Source of the DNA: an uncultured Candidatus Saccharibacteria bacterium
GTDB taxonomy: Bacteria; Patescibacteriota; Dojkabacteria; SC72
Assembly (NCBI GenBank): GCA_964536135.1
Contig: CAZHVM010000003.1
Span: 1-55,943 of the forward strand
Length of the DNA stretch: 55,943 nt
Reading direction: 5' to 3'
Shown one piece after another: positions 10,589-20,619 of the stretch. The first letter of the stretch is position 1; every line of letters begins with the position of its first letter. The notes under the pieces were generated by a model. That model saw only the letters and a list, made by a program, of their open reading frames with translations, was not told the DNA's origin and made no database searches. The translations under genes and the position numbers were made by a program.

Positions 10589-11901
10589 TAAATATCAAGG
10601 AATATATAAATGGGTTCTTTTCAAAAGGGACATTCAAAAAAAACATAGCAATTATGTTTTCAGGGACAGTAATATCTCAAGGTGTGTATCTACTTTTTTA
10701 TCCTATTTTGACAAGAATTTATCAGCCATCTGATTTCGGGCAGTATGCAATATTTATTGCTTTTTTATCAATTGGCTCTCTTATTGTTACTGGTCAGTAT
10801 GAATCAAGTATTTTATTGCCCAAAAAGGAAAAGAATGTTAAATATCTAATTTGGGGTGCAGTTTCATTGGCTTTGATTTTCTTTCTGATTGTTACGACAA
10901 TTTTGTTATTATCATCTCAATTCTTAGCAAGCAAAAATCTTTTTAATGGAAACTTAATTCTTATTATACTAGGAGTTTCTATATTCATTAATGCTTTGTA
11001 TCAGATTGGAACATATATGTCTCTAAGAAATAGGGGATTTAAAGCATTAACAATTATAAATATAATAAATGTTGGTTTTAGTATTTCATTTCAATACATT
11101 TTTTCTTTAACAGAGATTAAAAGCATAGGCTTGATTGTTGGATATATGATTGGAACACTTGTCGCGATGATTTGTCTGTTTATATACAATAGAAAAACAG
11201 TAAAACTGAATTTTAAAACACCAAATTTGCATTTAGGGATATTCAAAGTGTTAAAAAGATATAAAAACTTTCCCTTTGCTAATCTTCCAGCAATGCTTGT
11301 AAATCTTTTGGCAAATCAGATGCCTCAACTTTTGCTTAATACTTTTGGACAATCTATTGTAGGGTACTTTTCTATGTCTCAGAAAGTTCTTGGTAGTCCT
11401 GTAACACTTTTTTCTACATCGGTATCACATGTCTTCAAAGAAAGGGCTAGTAGTGATTACAGAAACAAGGGAAATTGTCGGCCAATTTTCGTTAAAACCT
11501 TTAAAAGTTTATTCTTAATATCTATTGTTCCATTTGTTTTAATCTTTATTTTTGCTCCAACAATTGTTCCAATAATTTTTGGAACAGAATGGGTAGAGGC
11601 TGGAGTATATATTAGAGCTTTGACTCTAATGTATTTTTTCAAATTCACAGTTAGTCCGTTGTCTTATGTTATAGTTATTGCCGAGAAACAAAAGCTTAAT
11701 TTATTACTCCAGACAACACTTTTAGTATTAACAGCGAGCTCTCTCTATTACGGGATATCTCAAAACAATCCTTTAACTGCTGTTATCCTTTTTTCTATCT
11801 CATACTCTGCGGTTTATATCCTTTTCTTGTTTATCTCTTATAAATTGTCAAAGAATCAGAGACATAACGCTAAGATGATATCAGAGTATAAAGAACAGTA
11901 A
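10585..11901 (+). CDS. Wzx-type oligosaccharide flippase (MOP superfamily), paralogue A
   Basis: 438 aa, about 12 hydrophobic helices, and a Polysacc_synt-like N-terminus (NIAIMFSGTVISQGVYLLFYPILTRIYQPSDFG). Confidence 0.75.
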   Translation: MINIKEYINGFFSKGTFKKNIAIMFSGTVISQGVYLLFYPILTRIYQPSDFGQYAIFIAFLSIGSLIVTGQYESSILLPKKEKNVKYLIWGAVSLALIFFLIVTTILLLSSQFLASKNLFNGNLILIILGVSIFINALYQIGTYMSLRNRGFKALTIINIINVGFSISFQYIFSLTEIKSIGLIVGYMIGTLVAMICLFIYNRKTVKLNFKTPNLHLGIFKVLKRYKNFPFANLPAMLVNLLANQMPQLLLNTFGQSIVGYFSMSQKVLGSPVTLFSTSVSHVFKERASSDYRNKGNCRPIFVKTFKSLFLISIVPFVLIFIFAPTIVPIIFGTEWVEAGVYIRALTLMYFFKFTVSPLSYVIVIAEKQKLNLLLQTTLLVLTASSLYYGISQNNPLTAVILFSISYSAVYILFLFISYKLSKNQRHNAKMISEYKEQ

Positions 11902-11981
11902 TTTAATTGATTTATAGGCTATTTTTAGATATATTTTACTTGAATCGCTAGTATTTTAGTTTATTGATAATAATATTCTCG

Positions 11982-13103
11982 ATGAAAAAAATAACAGTAC
12001 TACTTTTCAACGATTTTGTTAACGATAATAGAGTATTAAAGGAGTGTAAAAGTCTGCAAGATAATGGTTATGAAGTGCAATTATATGCAACACATTTTGA
12101 CAACAAATTACCCAAAGAAGAAGTTGTAAAGGGTTTTAAAGTAACCAGAATTAATGTTGGAAGATTTGAGTTTCTGCTGTTTAATCTCCCCCTGTTTTGG
12201 ATTAAGACATTTTTTCAATGTAGAAAAGACGAAATCCTCCACTGTAATGATTTGTATGCTTTACCCCCAGCATATTTCTTAAAGAAATTTGTTAATAAAA
12301 GGATCAAGATAGTATACGATTGTCATGAGCACGAAACAGAAGCAAAAATTTATATTGGGAAACCAATTATTAAAAAATTGGCACAGATATTTGAAAAGAC
12401 AATGATAAAATCTGCGAATAAAGTTATAACTGTAAGTAATTCAATTGCAGATGACTACGTTAGCATGTACGGTATTCAAAAGCCAGCATTAGTGCTGAAT
12501 AGTCCTGTATTTCAAACTGTTCAAAAACAGGATCATTTTCGAGAAGACCTTGGTATCTCTAAGGAAAAAACTATATTTCTTTTTCAGGGTAAATATCTCC
12601 CTGGGAGAGGATTAGATAATCTTATTGATATCTTTAGAAAACTTGAACCAATTAACAAAGATATAGTCTTGGTATTTATGATATATGGTGAAGGTTCTGA
12701 AAAGGTAAAAGAACAGATAAAAAATGACAAGAACATATATTGGCATGAAAAAGTTTCAGTCATGGAATATATGAATTATGTCGCATCTGCAGACTGGGGG
12801 ATATATTTGATGGAAAATATTTGCAAGAACCATGACTATGCTTTACCTAATAAAATATTTGATTATGTTCTAGCTGGTTTACCCGTTGTTACCTCAAATT
12901 TAAAAGAGATGTCAAGATTTGTTAAAGATAATGGAGTGGGTTATGTTATAAATCCAGAAGATCAAGAAATGGTGGTTACTCTATTGCAAAAAATAAAAAA
13001 GGAGACCCAAAAACAATTTGTTCCAAACCTGATGAAGACTTCAGTGAAATATTGTTGGGAAGAACAGGAAAAAGTGTTAATTAAATTATATAACTCATTA
13101 TAG
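11982..13103 (+). CDS. GT4-family glycosyltransferase
   Basis: GT-B pattern (LPNKIFDYVLAGLPVVTSNLKEMSRFVKDNGVGYVI). The ATG at 11982 (MKKITVLLF) is preferred over the TTG at 11964. Confidence 0.7.
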   Translation: MKKITVLLFNDFVNDNRVLKECKSLQDNGYEVQLYATHFDNKLPKEEVVKGFKVTRINVGRFEFLLFNLPLFWIKTFFQCRKDEILHCNDLYALPPAYFLKKFVNKRIKIVYDCHEHETEAKIYIGKPIIKKLAQIFEKTMIKSANKVITVSNSIADDYVSMYGIQKPALVLNSPVFQTVQKQDHFREDLGISKEKTIFLFQGKYLPGRGLDNLIDIFRKLEPINKDIVLVFMIYGEGSEKVKEQIKNDKNIYWHEKVSVMEYMNYVASADWGIYLMENICKNHDYALPNKIFDYVLAGLPVVTSNLKEMSRFVKDNGVGYVINPEDQEMVVTLLQKIKKETQKQFVPNLMKTSVKYCWEEQEKVLIKLYNSL

Positions 13104-13105
13104 AT

Positions 13106-14179
13106 ATGAAAGTCGTATCTTTGATTGGTGCAAGGCCTCAATATATAAAAGAGGCGGTACTAAATAAGTCTTTTAAAGAGACTGGCATTGAAGAAATAAT
13201 TGTTAACTCAGGCCAGCACTATGATTATAATATGGCGGATATATTTTTTGAGAAGCTTGGCATAAAAGCTCCAGATTATAATTTGAAAGTGGGTTCTGGA
13301 TTACATGGTGAGATGACTGCAAAAATAATGGTCGAATTTGAGAAATTAATGATGGAGATAAATCCAGATATGGTATTAGTCTATGGTGATACAAATACAA
13401 CTCTTGCAGGTGCTATTGTTGCAGCAAAACTTAAGCTGCCTCTGGCTCATGTAGAAGCGGGGGTAAGAATGTTACCAAAGGATATGCCAGAAGAAATAAA
13501 CAGAACTTTAACAGACAGAGTATCCAATTTATTATTCTGTCCTTCGGAATTGGCTGTTAAAAATCTTACAAAAGAGGGTATTGTAGCTGGTGTCCATTTT
13601 ACAGGAGATGTCACATATGATTTATATCTTCAGAGCAAAGATCATTTCGATTATTCTTTATATGAAGGTATGAAATTAGTTGATGGAGAATATGTCTTAG
13701 TTACATTACATAGAGATTACAATGTAGACGACAAAGAGAGATTTGGGAAAATCTTAAAAGCTTTGTCTGAATTAGCAAAGGAGAAACGGATAATTTTCCC
13801 TATTCACCCAAGAAGTAGAAAAAGAATTCAGGAGTTTGGATATGAAGATTACATAAAAAACATAGATATATTAGATCCAATAGATTATCTAAGTCTAATG
13901 GGATTGTTAGAACATTGTGAAAGTGTCATCACAGATAGTGGAGGATTACAGAAAGAATCTTATTATGCTCAGAAACCAGGATATTTATTGATGCCAGATC
14001 CAGCTTGGCATGAGTTGGTAGAATACAAGATGAATCATCTGTGTGAACCAGAAGATTTGTTGGCAAAGATGAAGGAAGAAAGAAACTATGAATATATACC
14101 CCACTTATATGGTGAAGGTGATGCCGGAGAGAGAATAGTTAATATCATAGAAGAATATTTAAATGACAACAAAAAATAA
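13106..14179 (+). CDS. wecB: UDP-N-acetylglucosamine 2-epimerase (non-hydrolysing), WecB/WbpI family
   Basis: Motifs MKVVSLIGARPQYIK, VLVYGDTNTTLAGAIVAAKLKLPLAHVEAG and ITDSGGLQKE. Confidence 0.88.
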   Translation: MKVVSLIGARPQYIKEAVLNKSFKETGIEEIIVNSGQHYDYNMADIFFEKLGIKAPDYNLKVGSGLHGEMTAKIMVEFEKLMMEINPDMVLVYGDTNTTLAGAIVAAKLKLPLAHVEAGVRMLPKDMPEEINRTLTDRVSNLLFCPSELAVKNLTKEGIVAGVHFTGDVTYDLYLQSKDHFDYSLYEGMKLVDGEYVLVTLHRDYNVDDKERFGKILKALSELAKEKRIIFPIHPRSRKRIQEFGYEDYIKNIDILDPIDYLSLMGLLEHCESVITDSGGLQKESYYAQKPGYLLMPDPAWHELVEYKMNHLCEPEDLLAKMKEERNYEYIPHLYGEGDAGERIVNIIEEYLNDNKK

Positions 14180-15344
14180 AGATATCCTTTATTTGGTACA
14201 TTCTTATCATTCATTCCAAAAAGACTCAGTAGAAGTATTGGCTAAAAACTTTAGAAATGTATACGTAATTGTTAGATATAAACCATTGGCTGAGATATCG
14301 AATTTGTTAAAAATAAAAAAACTTTATAACCATAGAAAATCCTTTGTGATACAAGATAGTAACAAACCAGATAATGTTCATATATATACAGCAGCTCTAT
14401 GGTATCTCCCTTTTAAATTTTTTTATGATTTATTAGGAGATTATCACTTTAGGGTTGTGGACAAGATAATTAATATGAAGAATATTAAATTTGATTTAAT
14501 ACATTCTCATTTTACATGGACTGCAGGATATGTTGGAGCAAAATTAAAAGAGAAGTACCACAAGCCATTTGTTTTAACAGTACATGAGGACAATACATGG
14601 TTTGATGAAGAATTAAGAAGCAATAACGAAAAGAAATACAATACTTGGAGAAATGCTGATTCCTTGATTCGTGTAAACAAGGAGACGGTAAAAGATCTGA
14701 AGGTATTTAATAAGAACACAGTATATCTATCGAATGGTTTTAATCAGGGTATCTTTATTAATGGAGATAAAACAGAAGCCAGACAATTGCTAGGAATAGA
14801 TTTGAAAAAAAAGATTTTATTATCAATTGGTCATTTAGAAGAATATAAAGGTCAGATTTACTTAATAAGAGCAATAAATATTTTGGTAAATGACTTGGGG
14901 ATAAAGGATTTAAAGCTTTTTATCATAGGTGAAGGTAGTCAAAGAAAAAACTTAGAAAACGAGATACAAAATTTGAAGATTGAAGATTATGTCGAATTGT
15001 TGGGCAGTAAACTTCATAAAGATATTCCCATATGGATGAATTCTTGCGATGTTTTTGTTCTTCCGAGTCTGTCTGAGAGTTTTGGTATTGTTCAGTTAGA
15101 AGCTTTCGCATGTGGAAAGCCTGTGGTTGCTACGAAGAACGATGGAAGTAGGCAGGTTATAACATCCGACAAATTAGGTCTTTTATGTAATATCGGAGAT
15201 CCAGGGAGTCTGGCCGAAACCATAGCAAAAGCTTTAGAAAAGAAATGGAATGAAAAAGAGATAATAACATATGCTAAGAGTTTTACTTGGGATAATGTTC
15301 TAATGAAAGTGCAAGAAATTTATAATGATTTATTAAAGAAATGA
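14163..15344 (+). CDS. GT4-family glycosyltransferase
   Basis: Motif PSLSESFGIVQLEAFACGKPVVATKNDG and a typical C-terminal FTWDNVLMKVQEIY. Confidence 0.85.
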   Translation: MTTKNKDILYLVHSYHSFQKDSVEVLAKNFRNVYVIVRYKPLAEISNLLKIKKLYNHRKSFVIQDSNKPDNVHIYTAALWYLPFKFFYDLLGDYHFRVVDKIINMKNIKFDLIHSHFTWTAGYVGAKLKEKYHKPFVLTVHEDNTWFDEELRSNNEKKYNTWRNADSLIRVNKETVKDLKVFNKNTVYLSNGFNQGIFINGDKTEARQLLGIDLKKKILLSIGHLEEYKGQIYLIRAINILVNDLGIKDLKLFIIGEGSQRKNLENEIQNLKIEDYVELLGSKLHKDIPIWMNSCDVFVLPSLSESFGIVQLEAFACGKPVVATKNDGSRQVITSDKLGLLCNIGDPGSLAETIAKALEKKWNEKEIITYAKSFTWDNVLMKVQEIYNDLLKK

Positions 15345-15345
15345 C

Positions 15346-16650
15346 ATGAAGGAATTTATAAAGAAAGTGATTGGAAAGTATATAGGAAGAAGTATGTATA
15401 AGAGGAATATTCTAGTTATGGTCGGCGGAAGAATAATAGCTCAGGCTGTTCCAATCCTTCTGACACCTTTGTTGACAAGAATGTATACTCCTGCAGAATT
15501 TGGAATGTTTGGTGTGTATGCATCTATAATTGCTCTAATAGCTATGGTTTCCAATGGAAGATACAGTTTGTCAATTATTCTCCCAAAAGACGAAGATAAA
15601 GCCAAAAAACTGTTTTTATTATCTAGTTTATTGACAATTATAATAACCTTAATATTTGCGCTATTTATAGCTATATTGGGAGGAAAGATTTTTGGTTTTC
15701 TTGAGATTCCAATTTTTGAGAGATATCTACTCCTTTTGATTCTAAATATATTATTCATAGGATTATATGAGCCATTATATTATTATGCTCTCAGAACAAA
15801 GCATTACAAAATTCTAACAACAAATATAATTATACAGGCACTAATCTTGATCTCAACAAGAATTTTGCTTGGGTATTTGGGATATACAGAGATTGGGTTA
15901 ATTCTTTCCTATTTATTGGGTTATTCTTTTAGTTACATCTTATTGGTTTTAAGATTGAAAATCCCTGTATCTCCATTAATTAAGGATTTTAAAATTGTGG
16001 AATATATAAAACTGATAAAAGAATATTCAAATTTCCCGAGATTTTCTTTATTAGCTGATACTTTAAGTCTGCTTGCTACAAACTCTCCCAATATATTGTT
16101 AAATAAGGTCTTTGGTAGTGTTGCAACGGGATATTATTCTATGTCTGACAAGATTTTGGGTTCTCCTATTTGGTTTGTTACTTCTTCTGTCGGAGATGTA
16201 TTTAAACAGGAGGCTTCAGAGCAATTACGGACTAGAGATTCTTGCTTTGATGTCTTTGTTAAAACAACTAAAACATTATTTCTTCTGGCAATAGGTCCCT
16301 TCCTTATTATCTTTCTAGTGTCACCGTATATAATTCCGTTCATTTTAGGTCCTAATTGGGAACCAGTAGGGGATATTATAAGAATTTTTTCAATAATGTA
16401 TTTCCTTAGGTTCATTATTAGTCCTGTGAGTTATGTAATATACATAGTAGGTAAACAAAAATACAACATATTTTTTCAGAGTATAAATTTAATAACAACG
16501 ATTATTCCCTTCTTCTTGGGTATTTATTTTAAAGATTTGTATTTGTGTTTAATATCATTTTCAATCTTAACTTCTATTTCCTATATCATTACATTCCTGT
16601 ATTCGTATAAGTTTGCAAAAGAATCAAAATATGACAGAAATGAAAGATAA
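15346..16650 (+). CDS. Wzx-type oligosaccharide flippase (MOP superfamily), paralogue B
   Basis: 434 aa and multi-TM. It aligns by eye with 10585-11901 (NILVMVGGRIIAQAVPILLTPLLTRMYTPAEFG against NIAIMFSGTVISQGVYLLFYPILTRIYQPSDFG). Confidence 0.75.
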   Translation: MKEFIKKVIGKYIGRSMYKRNILVMVGGRIIAQAVPILLTPLLTRMYTPAEFGMFGVYASIIALIAMVSNGRYSLSIILPKDEDKAKKLFLLSSLLTIIITLIFALFIAILGGKIFGFLEIPIFERYLLLLILNILFIGLYEPLYYYALRTKHYKILTTNIIIQALILISTRILLGYLGYTEIGLILSYLLGYSFSYILLVLRLKIPVSPLIKDFKIVEYIKLIKEYSNFPRFSLLADTLSLLATNSPNILLNKVFGSVATGYYSMSDKILGSPIWFVTSSVGDVFKQEASEQLRTRDSCFDVFVKTTKTLFLLAIGPFLIIFLVSPYIIPFILGPNWEPVGDIIRIFSIMYFLRFIISPVSYVIYIVGKQKYNIFFQSINLITTIIPFFLGIYFKDLYLCLISFSILTSISYIITFLYSYKFAKESKYDRNER

Positions 16651-18517
16651 AAAATTTATTTATCAAATAAACGAGTTTTTACAAAGGCCTAAGGTTATTA
16701 AATGGTTACCGATAATTTTTTTCTTCTCTTGGTTTTTTCTTTTTTTAATATTATCTATCTTTCGTGATTCAAGATTGGATGAGAATATCTACTTTGGAGA
16801 GACAACCGTTATAACGGATCTTCTTCGGCGTGGAATCTGGATTGGTAATTATGGTGTAGGACTTCATGGGTTTATTAGTAAATTTGTAGTTGGAGTTATT
16901 TTCCTATTATCGGGCCCTTCTATCTTTTTAGCTACATTGTTTAATATAAGCTTGGGTGTATTGAGTGGAATTGTTTTTTATTTTATTTTAAAAAAACATT
17001 TCAAATTTTCTCTCTTATATTCTCTTCTTGGAGTCACTCTCCTTTTTTGTAATTTTCAATTACTAACTTATATTCCAACATATTATAGAGATATAGGAGC
17101 ATTACTATTTGTTTTATTAATATTAGAATCCATTCTAGGGGAAAGAAGTAAATGGTTGACCGGAGTTTATCTACTTCTTTTATTGGATTCGAAGGAACAT
17201 GTCTTTTATACTTTATTACCTGCTATTTTAATATGGATAATTATTAAGGCATATTTAGAGAATAAGGGTAAAATTATTCAAATACTTAAAGAAGTGTTGC
17301 TTAATTGCCTGAAAATGTTTTTACCATCTTTACTCTTTTTGCTTTTGATGTTTTCAACCTCTGTTATTCCCTTAAATATTTATGATGCAAAAATCTTGGG
17401 CCTAATTAAAGGTGGCTTTGTAAGAATGTTGTCTGATTTTGATACAAACTTAGCTACATATAATAGAGATATTGTCGAAAATGAGAATATTGCAAAAGCT
17501 GTTCCCCTTATCAAAGTTGAAAACCAAATGGAGTCTTTGCAAGCGTATTTTATTAACGGATTTAACACATTCCTTTCATATTTAGGCAAGATTTTCTATC
17601 CCAGAACTTTTTCTTTTCTAACCATTCCTTTTGTATTGTTGATACCCAGTATCTTAACAATGTTTAATTGTCTAAAGATTTGGTTTAAAAAGATGGATTC
17701 TAAAAATCTTTCTTTACCAATCATATTGATAGTTTATATTCTAATTTATATCTTCCATGCCTCAATCGGCAGATATTTAATACCAATATTACCAGTAGTA
17801 ATAATATTCTTTTTAATATTTTTGAAGAATTTCAAAAAAGAGAAGAAGTACTTGGCCATAATGCTTGTAACGCTAGCTTTTAGTATTGTAGGCCTCTTCT
17901 TTGAGTATAGTTATCTTTTAATCAAAATTGGATTTGTGGCTGGAATATTTATAACGTTTTTATTTATGTATTTTATAAAAGACCTCAACAGATTAAGGTA
18001 TAAATATCTGTTGATAATTATTCTATCAGCTTTTACAGCAGGTACTTCACTTTTGGTCTCTTATAAAAATGGTCCAATAGGATCTTATTTAAAGTTTGGA
18101 TATTGCAGAGAATCAGAAAAAATAATATCTCTAGTTAAGGAAGATGACAGGATATGGATTAATGATCTGGGATGGGATAGATTACCTTTTATATTACGAT
18201 CGGAGAACATGCAAAATCCAGAATGGAGATGGAGGCTGAAGCCTTGGGTCCCCAAAAAATCATTATTAAAAAACGAGAGGGATTTAAACACGTATAATTT
18301 CAACTGGAGTAGCGGGGCAAACTTTAAAGAGAAAATATCTGAAGAGAGTATAAATAAAATTGTTTTTATTAAACTTTCCCAAGATGTAAATTCAGAAGGA
18401 CTTCTTTTACAAGACAGATTAAATGTTTTATTGGAATCAGATTGGATAAAATTGGAAGAAAGTATTGTTATGAAAAACAAGGTTGTCTATATATTTAATG
18501 TTGAAGATAATAAATAA
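16613..18517 (+). CDS. polytopic membrane protein, GT-C-like glycosyltransferase candidate (paralogue B of 7435-9297)
   Basis: Motifs LDENIYFGET, WIGNYGVGLHGF, LLLLDSKEHVF and FSTSVIPLNIYDA are all shared with paralogue A. Start uncertain (ATG at 16613, 16631 or 16640); it overlaps the Wzx gene end. Confidence 0.5.
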   Translation: MQKNQNMTEMKDKKFIYQINEFLQRPKVIKWLPIIFFFSWFFLFLILSIFRDSRLDENIYFGETTVITDLLRRGIWIGNYGVGLHGFISKFVVGVIFLLSGPSIFLATLFNISLGVLSGIVFYFILKKHFKFSLLYSLLGVTLLFCNFQLLTYIPTYYRDIGALLFVLLILESILGERSKWLTGVYLLLLLDSKEHVFYTLLPAILIWIIIKAYLENKGKIIQILKEVLLNCLKMFLPSLLFLLLMFSTSVIPLNIYDAKILGLIKGGFVRMLSDFDTNLATYNRDIVENENIAKAVPLIKVENQMESLQAYFINGFNTFLSYLGKIFYPRTFSFLTIPFVLLIPSILTMFNCLKIWFKKMDSKNLSLPIILIVYILIYIFHASIGRYLIPILPVVIIFFLIFLKNFKKEKKYLAIMLVTLAFSIVGLFFEYSYLLIKIGFVAGIFITFLFMYFIKDLNRLRYKYLLIIILSAFTAGTSLLVSYKNGPIGSYLKFGYCRESEKIISLVKEDDRIWINDLGWDRLPFILRSENMQNPEWRWRLKPWVPKKSLLKNERDLNTYNFNWSSGANFKEKISEESINKIVFIKLSQDVNSEGLLLQDRLNVLLESDWIKLEESIVMKNKVVYIFNVEDNK

Positions 18518-18521
18518 AAAT

Positions 18522-19469
18522 ATGATTCCAAACCTAATATTAGAACTTTCTCTGAACTCTAAAGGTATCTTGAGAAAGATATTCTCTTTTTTAAGAAAAA
18601 TAACAATATATATATGGAATGACCCAGAGGTTAGATTTCACTTAAACAACAGAGCTATATATTTACCTCTATCACATAACTTACCTTTTTATTTAAGAGA
18701 TCATACCCTGTATGACCAACTTCTTGGTAGATTTAGTGAATATCTTCACTCTAAGAAAGGATCCGTTTATGGGGTAGATATTGGTGCAAATGTTGGAGAT
18801 ACAATTTTGTCAATGTATAGAAATAAGAAAGACTTATTTCTGGCGGTAGAACCTGAACCAAAATTTCTAAAATATCTTGAAAAGAACATGTTGGGTTATA
18901 AGAATGTTTTGATTGACAACACAATATGTTCGGCAGAAGAGATGTCGGGGGATTTCTCTTTTAGAGAACATGGTGGGACTGCCTCTATCGAAAGAAATAG
19001 TAGTTATATTAGTAATACTAAAATTGACAGTTTAGACAATATAATAAAAAAATATCCCCAAATCAGTTGTGTGGATATTTTCAAAATAGATACAGATGGA
19101 CACGATTTTGATGTTATAAGAGGTTCTCAAAACTTTGTAAAGCAGTATAAACCAAGTATCTTGTTTGAATGCGATTATTTTTCTAATAAGAATTATTTAA
19201 CAGAATTGTTGTCAACCTTAGAATTCTTCTTATCAAATGGATATTCAAAATGTTTGGTATATGATAACTTAGGGTATTTAATAGGGAAATATAGTCTTGA
19301 AGATACTGATGGATTTAAAAAACTTTTGCAGTATCAACTTATGAAGAAATCTTACTATTACGATATACTGGTTCTTCCGGATATGGTTTTTAAAGGATTC
19401 TACGATGAAGAGAAAAAATTCTATGGAGATTTTTTAAAAAAAGAAGGAAAAAAATCTTTTTTTGAATAG
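18522..19469 (+). CDS. FkbM-family SAM-dependent methyltransferase
   Basis: Motifs GVDIGANVGDT and FKIDTDGHDFDVIRGS. The ATG at 18522 avoids overlap with the previous gene (track start 18483). Confidence 0.75.
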   Translation: MIPNLILELSLNSKGILRKIFSFLRKITIYIWNDPEVRFHLNNRAIYLPLSHNLPFYLRDHTLYDQLLGRFSEYLHSKKGSVYGVDIGANVGDTILSMYRNKKDLFLAVEPEPKFLKYLEKNMLGYKNVLIDNTICSAEEMSGDFSFREHGGTASIERNSSYISNTKIDSLDNIIKKYPQISCVDIFKIDTDGHDFDVIRGSQNFVKQYKPSILFECDYFSNKNYLTELLSTLEFFLSNGYSKCLVYDNLGYLIGKYSLEDTDGFKKLLQYQLMKKSYYYDILVLPDMVFKGFYDEEKKFYGDFLKKEGKKSFFE

Positions 19470-19498
19470 TTTCATAATTTTATGATTAAGGGTTAAAA

Positions 19499-20602
19499 AT
19501 GAAAATTTTTTATGACTATCAAGCATTTTCCATCCAGAAATATGGCGGTGTTTCTAGACTTTTCTCTGAATTAATACGAATATATAAGAGTGATCCTTCT
19601 ATGGATTGTTATCTGTCCTCTAAGTTCTCTAGCAATGAATACCTAAGAGATATAGATCTAAAAGTGTTTTCTCAAGACATTTTTAAATCTAAAATAGGCA
19701 AGAAATTACCATTGTTAATAAATCATCTTAGTACAATTGGAGATTTAATAACTAGGGATTACGATATCTTTCATCCCTCATATTACAGTCCGTATTTCTT
19801 ACAATTTCTTGGATCTAAGCCATTTGTCCTGACAGTCCATGATTTAACTCATGAACTTTTATCCGAATATTTTCCCCAAAATGATAAAACCAGTTCGAAT
19901 AAAAAGATACTTATACCTAAGGCAAATAAAATAATTGCAGTATCGGAAAATACTAAGAAAGACATATTAAATCTTTATGCTTTTGATGAAAATAATATAG
20001 AGGTAATTTATCATGGATCAAGCTTAAAACCTTACGAAGGGAGAGAGAAGATTTTTAACTTACCTGAGAGGTATATTCTTTACCAAGGAGTTAGAGGTGG
20101 ATATAAAAATTTTAACAAATTTCTCTCTGCAACCTCTCCTTTGTTAGTTGCAGATTCTGGATTATATCTCGTATGCAGTGGGTCGACAGATTTCACAAAA
20201 GAGGAATATGAGTTAATAAAACTTTTGGATTTAGAAAAGAAAGTTTTACATTTTGATTATATTGGGAATGAAGAATTGGCTTATTTTTATCAAAATTGTT
20301 TGGCGTTTGTTTATCCCTCTCTTTACGAAGGATTTGGAATTCTTCTTCTGGAAGCTATGTCCTGTGGTGCTCCAATGGTGATAAGTAACAGAAGCTCCTT
20401 CCCTGAGATTGCGCTCGATTGTGCAATGTATTTTGATCCTACCAGTGAAGAATCTATTCGAAATTCCATTGAAGAGGTAATTAATAATTCAGAACTGAGG
20501 AAAGATCTTGTGAGAAAAGCAGACAAAAGAGTACGAGATTTCTCCTGGGAAGAAACTGCTAGAAAAACAAAATTGTTATATGATAAAGTATTGTTAGAAT
20601 AA
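19499..20602 (+). CDS. GT4-family glycosyltransferase
   Basis: Motif PSLYEGFGILLLEAMSCGAPMVISNRSSFPEI and tail FSWEETARKTKLLYDKV. Confidence 0.85.
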   Translation: MKIFYDYQAFSIQKYGGVSRLFSELIRIYKSDPSMDCYLSSKFSSNEYLRDIDLKVFSQDIFKSKIGKKLPLLINHLSTIGDLITRDYDIFHPSYYSPYFLQFLGSKPFVLTVHDLTHELLSEYFPQNDKTSSNKKILIPKANKIIAVSENTKKDILNLYAFDENNIEVIYHGSSLKPYEGREKIFNLPERYILYQGVRGGYKNFNKFLSATSPLLVADSGLYLVCSGSTDFTKEEYELIKLLDLEKKVLHFDYIGNEELAYFYQNCLAFVYPSLYEGFGILLLEAMSCGAPMVISNRSSFPEIALDCAMYFDPTSEESIRNSIEEVINNSELRKDLVRKADKRVRDFSWEETARKTKLLYDKVLLE

Positions 20603-20619
20603 TAAGTATTTCACAAAGA

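Noticed and set aside
16112-16415. Short ORFs (60 aa on plus, 93 aa on minus) inside the second Wzx gene, and similar 60-130-aa ORFs nested in other membrane-protein genes (5700-5966, 17380-17589, 18085-18480).
   Set aside because: They are fully nested within longer ORFs whose hydrophobic periodicity and paralogy support the long frame. The nested translations are featureless.
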